Positions 37,850-50,628 of a stretch of 57,077 nt of DNA are shown here, piece after piece. Numbering within the stretch: position 1 is the first letter of the stretch; the number at the start of each line of letters is the position of its first letter. Below the pieces are notes generated by a model. It was not told where the DNA came from and made no database searches. It was given only the letters and a program-made list of their open reading frames with translations. Position numbers and translations under genes: made by a program. Origin of the DNA: Octopus bimaculoides (Eukaryota); NCBI RefSeq assembly GCF_001194135.2, contig NC_068982.1, positions 141,673,527-141,730,603 on the forward strand. Reading direction: 5' to 3'.

Positions 37850-38560
37850 TTGAAAGAATCGTTATTGTTGTTGTTATTACATTATTCCAGGGCTTACAAC
37901 AGTAGTGTCTTGTTTATTTTGTATTTTTTTACTTAAATAAATCTAATCCTTATGCCCAAAATTAATCTAATCCTTATTCAATTAATATTTTTTTTAATTA
38001 GCCCATGTTAATCTTGAAACGAATCCATGACTAATGAAATTTTAAATCAATCATCAGGTTCCTGTATTGGATGTCCTTGTTAATTCCTAATATCCTTTTT
38101 CTTTTTTCTGTCCCTTAAACCTTAGTAAACCCATAAACTAATATATATCCTATACTAATTTTTGTTCACATTATAAAAATAAAGCTTAAATTTTATGTGT
38201 TTTCTAAATGGTATTGTTATATATATCAGCTAAAATTTTAAAATAATTTTTTTTAGTAATTCAAAATTATTTTCATGAACCCAATATACTTAATATCCTT
38301 AGACTTTACACCTTATCTATAGCCTCTGAATTCAATACTGACATTACTTCATGCTTTTTATTTTATTAGCATACCTCTTACTGTTAAAATATTGGTTAAA
38401 CTAATATTGATATCTGTAAAACAATACTGATGCTCTATTTAGACTAAAGGAAAAGTCTTGTTTGACCTATATACCTAGGGTTTAATTCCTCAACATTTTT
38501 GATAGTAGTAAAATACCCTAACTTATAAGAGTGTTTGCCACTCTGACCAGAGAATCCTTT
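37850..38560 (-). mobile_element. Possible second, very decayed Penelope-like remnant (GIY-YIG side)
   Basis: Minus strand KHSYKLGYFTTIKNV (~38540-38495) and KYIG-(shift)-ENNF (~38295-38265); short, weak motifs. Confidence 0.25.
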
Positions 38561-39701
38561 ATAACCATATCTGTTATAGCCTTGTCCATGCATAATGCTT
38601 ACACTTTCCCTTTCCTTAGAAGTGATTGTCCCTCATACTATTACTACTAGATAAGAGACAATAAAATCAGAGACAGTTTAGAATTTTTGCCTAGAACCAA
38701 TTACTAGCCTGATAGACTTGGCTATGTCAAGATGGATTTTTATGTATTCTTCCTCCCACTTGGATTTGAAATGTTGCCACAATTATAATATGTCTATTCT
38801 ACTGTGATTTACTGCATTTTCCTGCATTTTCCTGCTGCTGAAGATTGCTCTACATATTGCATTTAATGTAATGCTCGCATTACTTAAATAAATGGAGTAG
38901 CATGTAACGTGCGTACTGCAATCATCTTTGAAATCCGTGTTGCTTATTTTGATTTTATATATATATATATATACATGACCTAAATAATATATAATTATAT
39001 GCATATATCCATACATATATGTACATACCGATATCTATAAGTATACATACAAGCATATATGGGTACAGGACATCACAAAAAAAGTTAAACGTTAAACAGA
39101 GAAACCAGACCTGCAACATAAAGAATATTACTCTTCTTCAGTTGTCCCTGCTCCATCTACTCTGCGTTTCGAAGGCAAGGACAATACGCGACTTCGTTGC
39201 AGCAGTCCTTCCCGCAAGCAAATAATTAAAATTTGGAAATTTTTGCGGAAAGTGAAAGTGTAAACAAGACAGGACAGTGAGATGAAGACAGTAAAAAGAA
39301 GACAGAACAGTGAGAATAAACGGTAAGGGCTGTTAGGGCAAGACGGTAGAAAAATTATATTGAACGCTAGTTAGAGAATGAAAAAATTGGCGTCTTCTCT
39401 ATAGGAAGGCAGGAAATAGAAAGAAAGAATCATTTTCATCACGTGTCAGCGACGAGAGGGTCAAGGAGGAGGAGTGAGAGAGGGAAAGGTGAAAGGAAGA
39501 GAAATATATATTTATATATATATATATATATATATGTATGTGNNNNNNNNNNNNNNNNNNNNNNNNNNNNNNNNNNNNNNNNNNNNNNNNNNNNNNNNNN
39601 NNNNNNNNNNNNNNNNNNNNNNNNNNNNNNNNNNNNNNNNNNNNNNNNNNNNNNNNNNNNNNNNNNNNNNNNNNNNNNNNNNNNNNNNNNNTGTGTGTGT
39701 G

Positions 39702-39742
<41 letters not shown>

Positions 39743-40254
39743 CTATGTATGTATGTATATATATTTAAGCAGGCTCTGCTTTATTATATAATTTATGACC
39801 TACGTAAAGGAATATCCACTTTTCATAGAATTTGAACTTTGAACTCTTTGATATTTTCCAGTGATGACCGCACCGGTCCTCCTTATCTTATTTTTTTCGT
39901 ACTTCCTAAAATTGACATCTTTGAAAGGTCACCAGCCCTTGAGAGGAAATGTGTTTATTTACAAATATGTTTGTAGGTATACAACGGAAAAAGAAAAAAA
40001 CAGAGAAAGAAAAAAGAAAAATGCTTTGTAATATAATTACAATGAATTGCCCACATCAATTTGAAAAGAAAACTCTCCCTCTCTCCCCTCTTCTCTCTCT
40101 CCCCTCACTCTGTCTATCTATTTGTTTGTCTATCTAACTACCTATTTGTCTATCTGTCTATATATCTATCTGTCTATTTGTCTATCATTTCCTCATCCAT
40201 TATTGTTTTCTCCTCTTCCTTCATTGTCCTGAAACCTCTCTCTCTCTTTCTCTA

Positions 40255-40303
<49 letters not shown>

Positions 40304-40567
40304 GTTTTCCCCCTCCTTGTTTTTCTTTCCATCTTTCTCCTCGTTTTTACATAAAAACATAAACACGATCCTCCTCTTTTAAACAGAGCAAAAAATGCAC
40401 CAGATTCATATAATTGAACAACGAAACGGTCCGTTTTTACGATTTTGATTTAGATTTCGTCTTCACGAATTCGAAAAACGAACGACATAGCTAATACAGA
40501 ATTATGCAAAATTCTAACTGCCTCGCACACACTCACACACAAGCATATACACATATATGTGTGTGTG

Positions 40568-40613
<46 letters not shown>

Positions 40614-41024
40614 CATGTGTGAGTATGTATGTTTACATGTGTGTGTGTGTATGTGTCTGTTGAAATGTCTTGCATATCATTTTTACGTCGACGTTTCTAA
40701 GTTATATTTGGTTCCATAGACTGACGACAGCACCGTATTGATGATGCGGAAGAAAATTACTTTCCATACAAATGTCAAGAGTATAAATGTAATATTATGT
40801 AACATAGAGACACATTCCCAAATGAACGATCCTCTATGAAACCACTATAGCAGTTATTGTTTAAAAAAATGAATTTATGCGAAAGAAACATAAGATTTAC
40901 TCACTAAATCTACAACTAAATCTTAAAATCGATCTTTAGTTTTGATTCAGAATGACAGCAAGCTGAAAGCAAACAAAAGTCGTGTTTGAAATTATGTAAC
41001 TCTGAACGAAATGTGAGTGAGTTG

Positions 41025-41064
<40 letters not shown>

Positions 41065-41085
41065 CAATATATATATATATATATA

Positions 41086-41390
41086 TCTCATCATCAACAT
41101 CGTTTAACGTCCGCCATGCTAGCATGGATTGGACGATTTGACTGAGGACTGGCGGACCAGATGGCTGCACCAGACTCCAATCTGATCTGGCAGAGTTTCT
41201 ACAGCTGGATGCCCTTCCTACCGCCAACCACTCCGAGAGTGTAGTGGGTGCATTTACATACCACTGGCACGAGGGCCAGTCAGGCGGTACTGGCAATGGC
41301 CACGCTGAAAATGGTGTTCTTTTTACGTGCCACCTGCACAGGAACCACCAGTCTAGCGGCACTGGCAACGACCTCGCTCGAATGTTACCG
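41086..41390 (-). mobile_element. SINE-like/non-autonomous retroelement 3' part with (GAT)n tail
   Basis: Minus strand ggttggcggtaggaagggcatccagctgtagaaac...ggacgttaaacgatgttgatgatga; GC-rich relative to the flanks; two ~65-70 bp internal tandem units at 41255-41390. Confidence 0.7.
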
Positions 41391-41492
41391 CTATAAGAGA
41401 TATCTCCCCTCTCAGTGTATATATACTGCAGACTTCTTACGGCATTAAGAATGCAATACAGCGCTTGGGCTTCCCCGGTCACAATTAGTCAT

Positions 41493-41535
<43 letters not shown>

Positions 41536-42539
41536 CACATGGAATAAATAAAACTTATATCATTAAATTTTTCCGAAGAGAAGCAATATACAATATCTTT
41601 GTATTTAGCAGTTATAACACTAATAAACATTGAAGTTACATATGTTATTTCTGTTGTTTTCAATGTTAAAAAATATATAATATTTGAAGCATTTTCCCAT
41701 AAATATACGTATATGAATGGGTGTATATTTTATATACTGAATATGTTATAACTACATTTCCTATACACTTCACGTGTTATTATTATCAATTCCTATGTAG
41801 CTGATCAATAAACCGTCCACTTATTTTAGTCACTCATCTCTATCCTGAACGTCTGTCATAGTCTTGACTTATTTGTGATTTCTTTTTTTTTTGTTCTGTG
41901 ATGTATTTGAACAAATAGCAATAAGTGACTTTATATCTCAAACATCATCCGATCTTAATTTAATTCTCTGAATATTTGCAGTCCTCAAGTTTTGATTGAA
42001 ACACGTGATATAGCTAAGGTTAACTCCTCATCTTAACCTTTTGACCCCCTTCCGTGCTTTGCTCAATATATATTATTGTAAAACGATCCTCTTTCGTAGG
42101 TTTCGTAACCATTGAATGACCAGACACTTTTGATCCTAAATATATTTAGTCAGTAATATGATTCTGTTACTAGAGATTTTTATTCCGCCAACCACATTCA
42201 CACAAATTGTCACACCATTCCACATTCACAATTCACAATTCCTTCTTTGTTTTCGAAGAATGAAAGACTGTTTTAATATCAATGATAGCACGTGACTCTC
42301 TTCCACATCGCAAAATAATTGTTTCCCATTACCTTTTTTGTATCATTTATTGTCTGTTTTTTTTTTTTTTTTGGTTTTTGAAAGCATTTCCGTTGCTTCT
42401 TTGGCCTTCTCGGTCATTTTATGGAATACATTTTCTAAATATCCGTTTATTTTAGTGAAATACAAGTATAATCAAAGTATTTGGCTCAATCTTTATGTGA
42501 ACATGATAGGAATTCAAGGCACATTTTGTGGTCTGTTAC

Positions 42540-42990
42540 CTCAACAGTTCCTTTATAGGATCCAGTGCCTACGGCCATCATCTGGAGGAGCCACGTCCGG
42601 TTTCGGCCCCTACTCATCTACTCTTTTCAACGTGGCGTCTTCCCCCACCCCGACTCCTTCGGAAGTGTCTTCAGCTCTGGTGTTGAGTGTGTTTTTTACT
42701 TTTTTTCTTTAGCCTGTTGTTCTTTCGTTTCTTCGATGCAGTGTCAACAAATGTTAGCGGGCGAATGACCACCCTGCCAAGTTTCCCTTTAAATACTCGC
42801 CAGTAGTCTCCAGCAGCTAGCGATAGGTAACTGTCACGTGGCACAATCTCAGCTTCAAGTGACAATGGGGGAGCAGGGCACCTAGTTTTGGCCCACGCCC
42901 TCTGTAGACCCAACTTCCAAAAGAGTCGTGTTAGTTTCACTTCCAGCACCCAGAACCGACTAGCTGTCCGGTGGTACAAGCCTTCGAGTA
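42540..42990 (-). mobile_element. Possible gag-like ORF1 remnant of a non-LTR element
   Basis: GC-richer island; LFWKLGLQRAWAKTRCP resembles a degenerate CWKCGxxGHxAKxCP knuckle; multiple stops downstream. Confidence 0.3.
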
Positions 42991-43057
42991 TTTCTTCCCT
43001 CCGCTTGCGCTATCGACGTCACTTCAATATTATTATTGTGTAACTTTATTTAGTCTC

Positions 43058-43270
43058 CGAGTTTGCAGAATCTTCAGCATGCCGGAGAAAATGTTTTGCA
43101 ACATTTCAAATTTTCTTTTGCTATCTCAGTTCAAATCCGCCGAGGTCGACTTTGCCCATTATGTTTTCTGGATCGATGGAATAAATACCGGTTACACACT
43201 GGGATTGATGTAATCGACTAGCTCCTCTACCAGAACTCAGGCCTTGTACACATATTACAATGGATTATTG
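43058..43270 (+). mobile_element. OK-like SINE
   Basis: cgagtttgcagaatcttcagcatgccgg...cagttcaaatccgccgaggtcgactttgcc...gatgtaatcgact...ccttgtacacatattacaatggattatt. Confidence 0.75.
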
Positions 43271-45712
43271 TGTAATTTTATGAACACACATAACTCTATT
43301 TCTTTATGCTTTCATAATATTGGGCGACAAAAATAGTTGGTTACCCACGATCTGGAGCAGTCGTGGGGTTAAAATATTCAGGTAACTCCTCAATGGGATC
43401 TTATCTGAAACAACCATCATTACAGTTTCCTGGTAGATACTCAAGCATGACCAATTGAAAGTAAAGATATTATCTAACCAACACATTCTTGCTCAACCCT
43501 ATGTATGCGTTTGAATCTTAGGTAGGTAAGGGCCTCTTCGAAACAATATACTGTATTGTACACCCGAACCTTGTACAGCCTAAAAAAATACTTTCACATT
43601 TTCTGGAAGGTGTGGGTTGGAATCATAAACATTTGTGAAGGAAACTGTAAGAATTTAAATAAACTGATGGAAGTAGTTTTGAGACGGAGATCAAATGAGT
43701 GACATTGATTTGTTTACAAGTAAAACATCGAAATTGCAGACAATAGTTAGTTGCGAGGTTTCTTTCGTGAAGTGTTTTCTGAATTTAAATCAGCAAACAG
43801 ATGTGTCAGAACACATTCCTGCAGCAGACCATTGTGAATATGAATTCATTTCAGCGCTGACAGTCTACGTTTGTGTAGCATTTACTTTTTCTTGACACAT
43901 ACAGTTTCATGATATAACGCGCCAGAAATTTGGTATGAATTTACATCATAGAATATTGCCTTACATTCTTTAAACAATATAGTATTATTCATGTATTTAT
44001 TGAAAAGCAATTATCAAAAATTCTATTAATTCTCAGTATTGCTAAGTTATATTCATGATCAAAAATATCTGGTAAAAAAAAAATAGTGCTCGTTTTCTCT
44101 AGAAATCTATTCGTTCTCCACTTGGCATAATGTTGCAGATTTGAGTGAATTCTGAAGTATCAAGAAATATTCAAGGGAAGTAAGGAATGAGACACCATAT
44201 ACATTTGCGCATAAATATACTAAATATAGTAAAATATTATTTAACATACTCGAATGTATTTATATATTTTATAAATGACTGTGTGCATACAATTTTATTG
44301 TAACAAACATTCTCCATGTTTATTCAAATTAATATGCGCATTAGTTTATGAATTGGAAAAATCTATATTGAACGGCAATATATTTAGAATATATCATAAC
44401 CAATAATTCTTCCAAGTGAAGGAAACTCCCACTTCTACCGGTTTAACGATTTCTATATTATTTCCTATGTTGTTAACCTACTGAATGTCGGCATATATGA
44501 GTTAGTAATATAGAATGCACAGTAACACAGTGTTACGATGACACTAAAACGTACGAGGAAGATTGAAAACACTTGTATAGTTAAGACGGAATCTCAGTTA
44601 AAATTAGACCAAGGAAACAAAGGATTAAGACGGAAAAACAAAGCGGAAACACGTTTTAAAATGTTCCTTCTGATTCAGATATATTTACTGTAAGCATGCG
44701 TGCATCATGCAATGCTAGTTTTGAAATCTATGTAGCGCTGATTTCAATGTTGCACACATGTGATTACCTGCCGCTTGCAGATGAATAAAATATTTCTTTA
44801 GGCATATTCCTGAGAGGACTGAGTTATTGTTGAGGGAAAGTACAGCTCTAAGCAAAAGCATTCAGTAACTTAGGTAAAATTTCTGATTTCTCGTAGCTCT
44901 CCCGTTAGCCATACCTCATCACACACACAAATAAACACTCGCACAAAAACTTATATATATTACACACACACACATACATATATATATGTACATACATACA
45001 TATATATGTGTGTGTGTATATGTGTGCGTATATATGTATGTTTGTATATGTGCATGTATATATAATTTATACAGAGAGAGGGAGAGAGAGAAGCATTGAT
45101 TGAAGAGAGTAAAAAAAGAAACGAGCGGTTGAAAACATCTACATTAATATATAAATATGAATGTTTTACTGACGTTAAAACACAATTCAGAAACTTGCGT
45201 CGTAAATCAAATGAATAATAAACTAATTTGAATAAATTATGGTCCTGAACTTTAGAGATCATAACTACAAGTATACACACTCATAGCCCCACACGCATAA
45301 GCAAACGTACAGTTCTGTCTCTATGTCTCTTTTCTGTGCGTTTACCAATATCTCATTGTGTATCTTCAACTACTGTTCTATTATCAGTTTAGTGTTAGGC
45401 ATTGTGGTATTAGTTTGTAGAAAAATCCTTTATTTGTACGTATTTGCATCGTAATTTTTCATTCCGTTGTTCACATGACATTTTGAAATTATTTAGATTT
45501 TACTTTCTTCTAAGTATGGAGTGCAACATACACTTACTAATCATAAGTGCTTCCATATAGTTCTACATCAGCTGACAAACGCAGAAATACGTACAAATAC
45601 GAGTACATAAGTATTGGTCATCGAGAGAGGTTGTACTTCATAATAAATAGGGAAGGTATACAGATGGTGGTCTGGAGAAAGTGCATGAATATGAATATGT
45701 GTGTGTGTGTGT

Positions 45713-46071
45713 GGAGGTGCAATGGCACAGTGATTGGGGCAGCGGCTCGTGGTTTCGATTGCCAGACCGGCCATTGTGAGTGCTTATTTAGCGAAAATAC
45801 CTAAAGTTCCGTGAGGTTCGGGCAGGGTGTGGTGGCGAACCCCGCTGTACTCTTTCAACACAACTTTCTCTCACTGATTGTTTCTGTCGTACCTGTATTT
45901 CAAAGGGCCAGCCTTATCACACTCTGTGACACGCCGAATCTCCCTGAGAACTGTATTAAGGGCACACCTATCTGTGGAGCGCTCAGCCACTTATACGATA
46001 ACTTAACGAGCAGACAATTCCGTTGATCGGATCAACTGGAACCTTCGTCGTCGCAACCGACGGAATGCCAC
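45713..46071 (+). mobile_element. Full-length tRNA-derived SINE (fourth family)
   Basis: ggaggtgcaatggcacagtg head, B-box-like ggtttcgattgcc, unique body, and a tail shared with 14501-14590 ending gtcgcaaccgacggaatgccac. Confidence 0.8.
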
Positions 46072-46165
46072 GATATATATGTGTTTGTGTATGTATCTCT
46101 CTCTATATATTTTTCTCTTTTTATCTCTCCTCTCTCTTTCTCTCTCTTTCTGTATATTTGTGTAT

Positions 46166-46639
46166 GCTATATAGAGAACTTCTGAATGGAAGGAGACTCC
46201 GGCAGAATCCAAGGCTGCGATTTAAGGACTGTTTGAAGTCCTCATTAAAGGCCTGTGATATGCAGGACCCTGACTGGAAGAACAATGCCTGTCATTGCCA
46301 TAGATGGAGGAAGCAGGTTTAGGAGGGGATCGACACGTTTGAGAGAGCAGGTATCCATCATGAAGAACTTAATCGAGCTGCGCAAAAGTGCACGGCTCGA
46401 ATAGTGAATGGGGAAAGCTTGGTCTGAAATGTTTGCAGTCGTGTATGCTTGTCAAGAGCAGGGCTCATTAGCAACCAACGGAGGCGCAAATGCAAAATAT
46501 AAGTTAGTCCTAGAGAGCACAATGTTCCCGAAGGTCGGCAATGGTCTTCCTCGGTTACGAGTGGACGGCTATGATCAACATAATGTATGTATGTATGTAT
46601 GTATGTATGTATGTATGTATGTATGTATGTATGTATGTA
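46166..46639 (+). mobile_element. 5'-truncated RTE-clade LINE 3' end with (ATGT)n tail
   Basis: LYRELLNGRRLRQNPRLRFKDCLKSSLK...W...RWR..V, then a decayed C2H2-like *NVCSRVCLSRAGLISNQRR; short UTR; (ATGT)n at 46583-46639. Confidence 0.85.
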
Positions 46640-47119
46640 CACGCATTTCATTTGAGTTCGACACGTCACAGCTGTTTTCTCACCAGAAATGCCGTGTCAC
46701 CAAAACAGTTTGATTGTATCAGTATCCAATTTCAAAAATAAGAACTGACATCGATTTCATGAACTTGAATCTTCTTGTATGATACCATCGGCTTCTGCAC
46801 AGTAACCTCTGACCCATAGAGAAGCATTCTCTTATGCAATATTTTCGGTAATATTTCTGTACAAGCGCAGTGCGGCAACTGCCCCACGGATCTGGTATCT
46901 ATCACGCATTATTTCTCCTCAGACAATCTTCACCCAATAGTTTTCTATTCTCACTACTAAATGTAAAGTGTACAAATTCTATGCTCCCGAACTAGTCATA
47001 TCTGTTAATCCGTCTTACATCAGTTCTACTCGTCTCAGCATTTCGAACATAACATTTCGAGTTACAATCCAAATTATTCGTTCCACCACTGCTGCAAAAC
47101 GCGTTTTTTCTGCCTATCA
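46640..47119 (-). mobile_element. Old dispersed repeat, probably an RTE/RTEX LINE remnant (copy 1)
   Basis: Minus strand MLLYGSE and KIQVHE motifs; 46781-47119 is collinear with 50629-50974. Confidence 0.45.
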
Positions 47120-48459
47120 AAATGTTGTCGTATTAGGGTACACATTCTATGCCATCATTAAATGGAGAACGAAACTGCGGGAAGTCTTATATGTGAAATC
47201 TAATATTCAACTGTTAATCTTAAATAAATGCGTATCCATTACATTCATCGTTCAAATCATACCTATCTCAGTTTTACATTATAGAATTCTGCGGTCGTCA
47301 AAATAAAGTATCTTTCATATAATAGGATTGATAGAGGGAATTGATTATTCATTAGTCATTGAAGAAATGCTTCATTTTCATTACAATAGAGCGCTAAATA
47401 TTGCTATTATCGACATCGAAATATTATCAATTTAACCCATTCTCCTTTCCAATCTGCCAGAACCATTGCAAAGGAATACCTCGCTATTATCCCAATTAAA
47501 ATAATATTGTATAGAAATATAATTTGATGGTGGAGTTAAATCGGATTTTATTGCCACTTATTGCTATAATATAGTGATTTAAGAATTATGACTGCATATC
47601 TTCTGAAACGGTGAATGGCAAACTTTGTGGAAAACTATAGATATATGTATATTTGCCTGATATATAAAAATGACCGTGCAAATCCAATCAGAGTGATGAG
47701 AAGTGTCTAGTTCACTGCTCAGAGACCCAAACATAAATAAATCACACATTGCCATAATTGAATCTATGGAATAACAACAATAACAAAAACAACAACAACA
47801 ACAACAACAACAACAATAATAATAATAATAATGAACCTCCTTAAATCCATGCCTTCGGCAACATCAAATTTCTTATCAGATAGATGACAATGAACGCAAC
47901 GTTGTTTGAATGGTAGAATAGTTTTAATGACCATCTATGGCACTATATAAACAAGCTTCAAAGAAAATTCGCTGAATTATATTTCAAATCCACAGCTCGA
48001 TTTCAACAGGAAGATAATTATCTCTATAAAATCCTAATAATAATCGCTGAGTGATATTTGTAATGCCACTATTTATCTAAAGATTCTTAGAATGATTTCC
48101 CCTATTAAGTCAATTGATAAATACCGAAAATGTCACAGCCAATTTCACATGCGTACACACATCTGCACCGCTTGCCGTAGTAAAGCGGAGTAATATGATA
48201 TTTCATGCGGAATACATAACGTGCCAAGTGGAAATGCTAAAGCATCTCCATACAGATCTTAGTAAAGATACGTTGAGCTTCTTCAATATATATCTAACAA
48301 AATAAGCCTTCTGTTTTCACAGGTAAATTGAAACATGATTTATTATAAACAGTAATCAAAGCCACACTGGCAGAGTGGATGCGAACTCTCACAGACACAG
48401 ATGCAAACAACTGTATACATTCACATGCTAAAGCACGTTAGATAATATGGATTTTCTTC

Positions 48460-48680
48460 TAGCTCTTTCATTCATTGAACTACGGCCATTCTAGGGCAGT
48501 GTCTTGATGAATTTTAACCGAGCAAATCAATCCCAATCCTATTTCTGTGAAGCTTAGACCATAGCCCTATCAGCCATATAGGTTGTACCGCTAAATTATG
48601 GGGACGTAATCACACCTACCTTGGTTGTGAAGTGGCAGTGGTGGTGATGATGATGGGACAAACATAGACACAAAGATACA
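48460..48680 (-). mobile_element. Diverged 3' half of OR-like SINE
   Basis: ttcattcattgaactacggccatt...ggggacgtaatcacacc...gggacaaacatagacacaaag. Confidence 0.55.
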
Positions 48681-48719
48681 GACTCATATCCACCTCCGGT
48701 CACGTGCTTTTCCTGAACT

Positions 48720-48850
48720 TTTTCTTTCTCTAGGCCTTCCCTTTCTCCTCTTTCTGACGAACAGCTATGCTCGAAACGTAAAAACCACACTCTTTTCCTA
48801 ACTTTCACTGAGCCCCAAACTAACGCGTTCCATTTGTACGTCTTTGCTCT
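48720..48850 (+). repeat. Dispersed repeat (probable Penelope-type terminus) with hammerhead-like core
   Basis: ctgacga-acagctatgctc-gaaacgta...tacgtc; a homologous copy lies on the minus strand at 55612-55740. Confidence 0.5.
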
Positions 48851-49171
48851 TATGTGATTCTTTATTTTGAATGTTCGATTTTTAATGATCAGTATTTAAT
48901 GCACGATTACACTACATACATACACANNNNNNNNNNNNNNNNNNNNNNNNNNNNNNNNNNNNNNNNNNNNNNNNNNNNNNNNNNNNNNNNNNNNNNNNNN
49001 NNNNNNNNNNNNNNNNNNNNNNNNNNNNNNNNNNNNNNNNNNNNNNNNNNNNNNNNNNNNNNNNNNNNNNNNNNNNNNNNNNNNNNNNNNNNNNNNNNNN
49101 NNNNNNNNNNNNNNNNNNNNNNNNNNNNNNNNNNNNNNNNNNNATATATATATATATATATATATACAATA

Positions 49172-50013
49172 CAGTGTACATTTAAACACATAAGAGGAAT
49201 CCACTCAAGGTATTCCTCACGCTAGTAAGAACAGCTAGGTTCCAAAACCACAAATTAGGGGTAAAATCCGAAAGGAACGAAATGAAAAAAATTAAAACTT
49301 TTACCATCTAGTTTCCTGGACCAATTGGTTTCTGGTTTTAGTTTAGCAAATAAAATAATTTGCTAGGTGAAATCGTCATCAACAGGTACAACTCAGATTA
49401 AATATATAAATACCAGGCAAGCAATTAAATTTCTCTTGTTTATATATCCTAAATTTTTCCAAATCTACTGCGCAGGCGCAGCTCCTCGTCGGTAATAGAA
49501 ATGCCAACTTTTAAAAATTCGAAAATTATCCAAAAACTTACAATACTTAATTATATCGAAGAGAAATGGAAATTAAAAGAAATTTTCAATTTTTTTATTG
49601 CCCATGATGAGTTGCGCCTGCGGAGTACATTTGAAAAAATCTTATCGAAGGAAAATGGAAATTAATAGTAATTTTCATTTTTTTTTATTGCGGACGAGGA
49701 GCTACGCCTGCGCAGTAGATTTGAAAAAATTAGGATGTATAAATAAGAATAATGTATAATTGATTGGCTCGTGTCTATATGTTTAATCTTGGGTGTACCT
49801 GTTGATGACGATTTCAACTAGCAAATTATTTTATTTGCCAAACTAAAATCAGAAACCAATTGGTCCAGGAACCTAGATGGTAAGAGTATTAATTTTTTTC
49901 ATTTCGTTCCTTTCGGGATTTTGTCCCTAATTTGTAGTTTTGGAACTTAGCTGTCCTTTCTAGCGTGAGGAATGCCATGAGTGGATTCTTCTTACGTGTT
50001 TAAATGTACACTG
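49172..50013. mobile_element. Foldback MITE, 842 bp, ~325 bp TIRs, TA|CAGTG...CACTG|TA (Tc1-like ends)
   Basis: 49172-49497 is the reverse complement of 49686-50013 with scattered substitutions; TA at 49170 and 50014. Confidence 0.9.
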
Positions 50014-50628
50014 TATTTTTATGTGTAATACATAGACTGTGGGCTAAATTTTCACACGCTGGGCCACTGGAAGTGAAACTTGCTATTAATTTCCATTTCC
50101 CTTCGATNNNNNNNNNNNNNNNNNNNNNNNNNNNNNNNNNNNNNNNNNNNNNNNNNNNNNNNNNNNNNNNNNNNNNNNNNNNNNNNNNNNNNNNNNNNNN
50201 NNNNNNNNNNNNNNNNNNNNNNNNNNNNNNNNNNNNNNNNNNNNNNNNNNNNNNNNNNNNNNNNNNNNNNNNNNNNNNNNNNNNNNNNNNNNNNNNNNNN
50301 NNNNNNNNNNNNNNNNNNNNNNNNNNNNNNNNNNNNNNNNNNNNNNNNNNNNNNNNNNNNNNNNNNNNNNNCACATGATGTCACTGGATCATATGACACA
50401 TGCGTTTCTGTGTTTTCTTTATGTCTAACAGAAATTTACTTAACAAGTCAATGAACCGCTTGTCTCTGAGAGAATCTATTTGCTAACTGGTTTCGTCCGC
50501 TTGGAATTCAATTAATGTGCCAGCAACATTGCTTCAAATAATATACATTTTACCATTATGACAAAACAATATAGAATGGAAATATTGTTTCATAATTTTG
50601 TAAGTAGTGTATGTGAACTAACTTACAG

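Noticed and set aside
17601-45790. tRNA genes
   Set aside because: The A/B-box-like heads continue into repeated SINE bodies, and I could not fold a complete cloverleaf by eye.
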